Positions 63,746 through 64,000 of a stretch of 64,000 nucleotides of DNA are shown here, piece by piece. This DNA comes from Zootoca vivipara (lineage: Eukaryota), in contig NC_083284.1 of the NCBI RefSeq assembly GCF_963506605.1, positions 29,574,001 to 29,638,000 of the forward strand, given 5' to 3'. How positions within the stretch are numbered: the stretch's first letter is position 1; each line of letters opens with the position of its first letter. The translations under genes and the position numbers were made by a program. The notes under the pieces were generated by a model, which did no database searches, was not told the origin of the DNA, and saw only the letters and a list, made by a program, of their open reading frames with translations.

Positions 63746-64000
63746 CTCCAAGTGGTGAGTGATTTCAGGGGTGCCAGCATATGCACTGAGCTTGGTCTCC
63801 TTAGAATTAAGGCCATTCCTTGGAGTAAGAGTGTCTTGCTGGATAAAGGATAGATACAGGTTTGTGGGCATGCATAAAAAAATAGCCCACTGTACAATGG
63901 CAAAATCTCCACCTGTATTTGTTGCTCTGCCCCACTTTTTGCCTCTGTTGACCACTGGCATGCGGTCCTCAGAAAGCTGCCTAGGAGGGAATGTGGTCTT

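Overview
Vertebrate genomic DNA, not prokaryotic. The repeat complement (Sauria SINE, BovB with (CAA)n tails, CR1, L2, Penelope, hAT and Tc1/mariner-pogo MITEs) points to a squamate reptile, most likely a lacertid lizard (inference). I found no intact protein-coding gene, so the window reads as intergenic or intronic. The only recognisable gene sequence is an intronless, disabled GOLPH3L retrocopy (8035-8879) with two premature stops and a C-terminal frameshift. The rest is a mosaic of transposon relics, microsatellites, two N gaps and unique sequence. Most notable: (i) a Penelope-type terminal-repeat insertion forming a perfect 71-bp fold-back that contains a minimal type I hammerhead ribozyme motif (36326-36529), with a second degenerate copy near 28.3 kb; (ii) a Penelope GIY-YIG domain whose 3' half is cleanly inverted in place (45427-46309); (iii) a four-layer nested insertion whose order can be read from overlapping target-site duplications (56790-57317); (iv) a young 90-bp hAT-type MITE family. 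I cannot support a wholly new biological system. Family names come from pattern recognition and need Dfam/Repbase confirmation.
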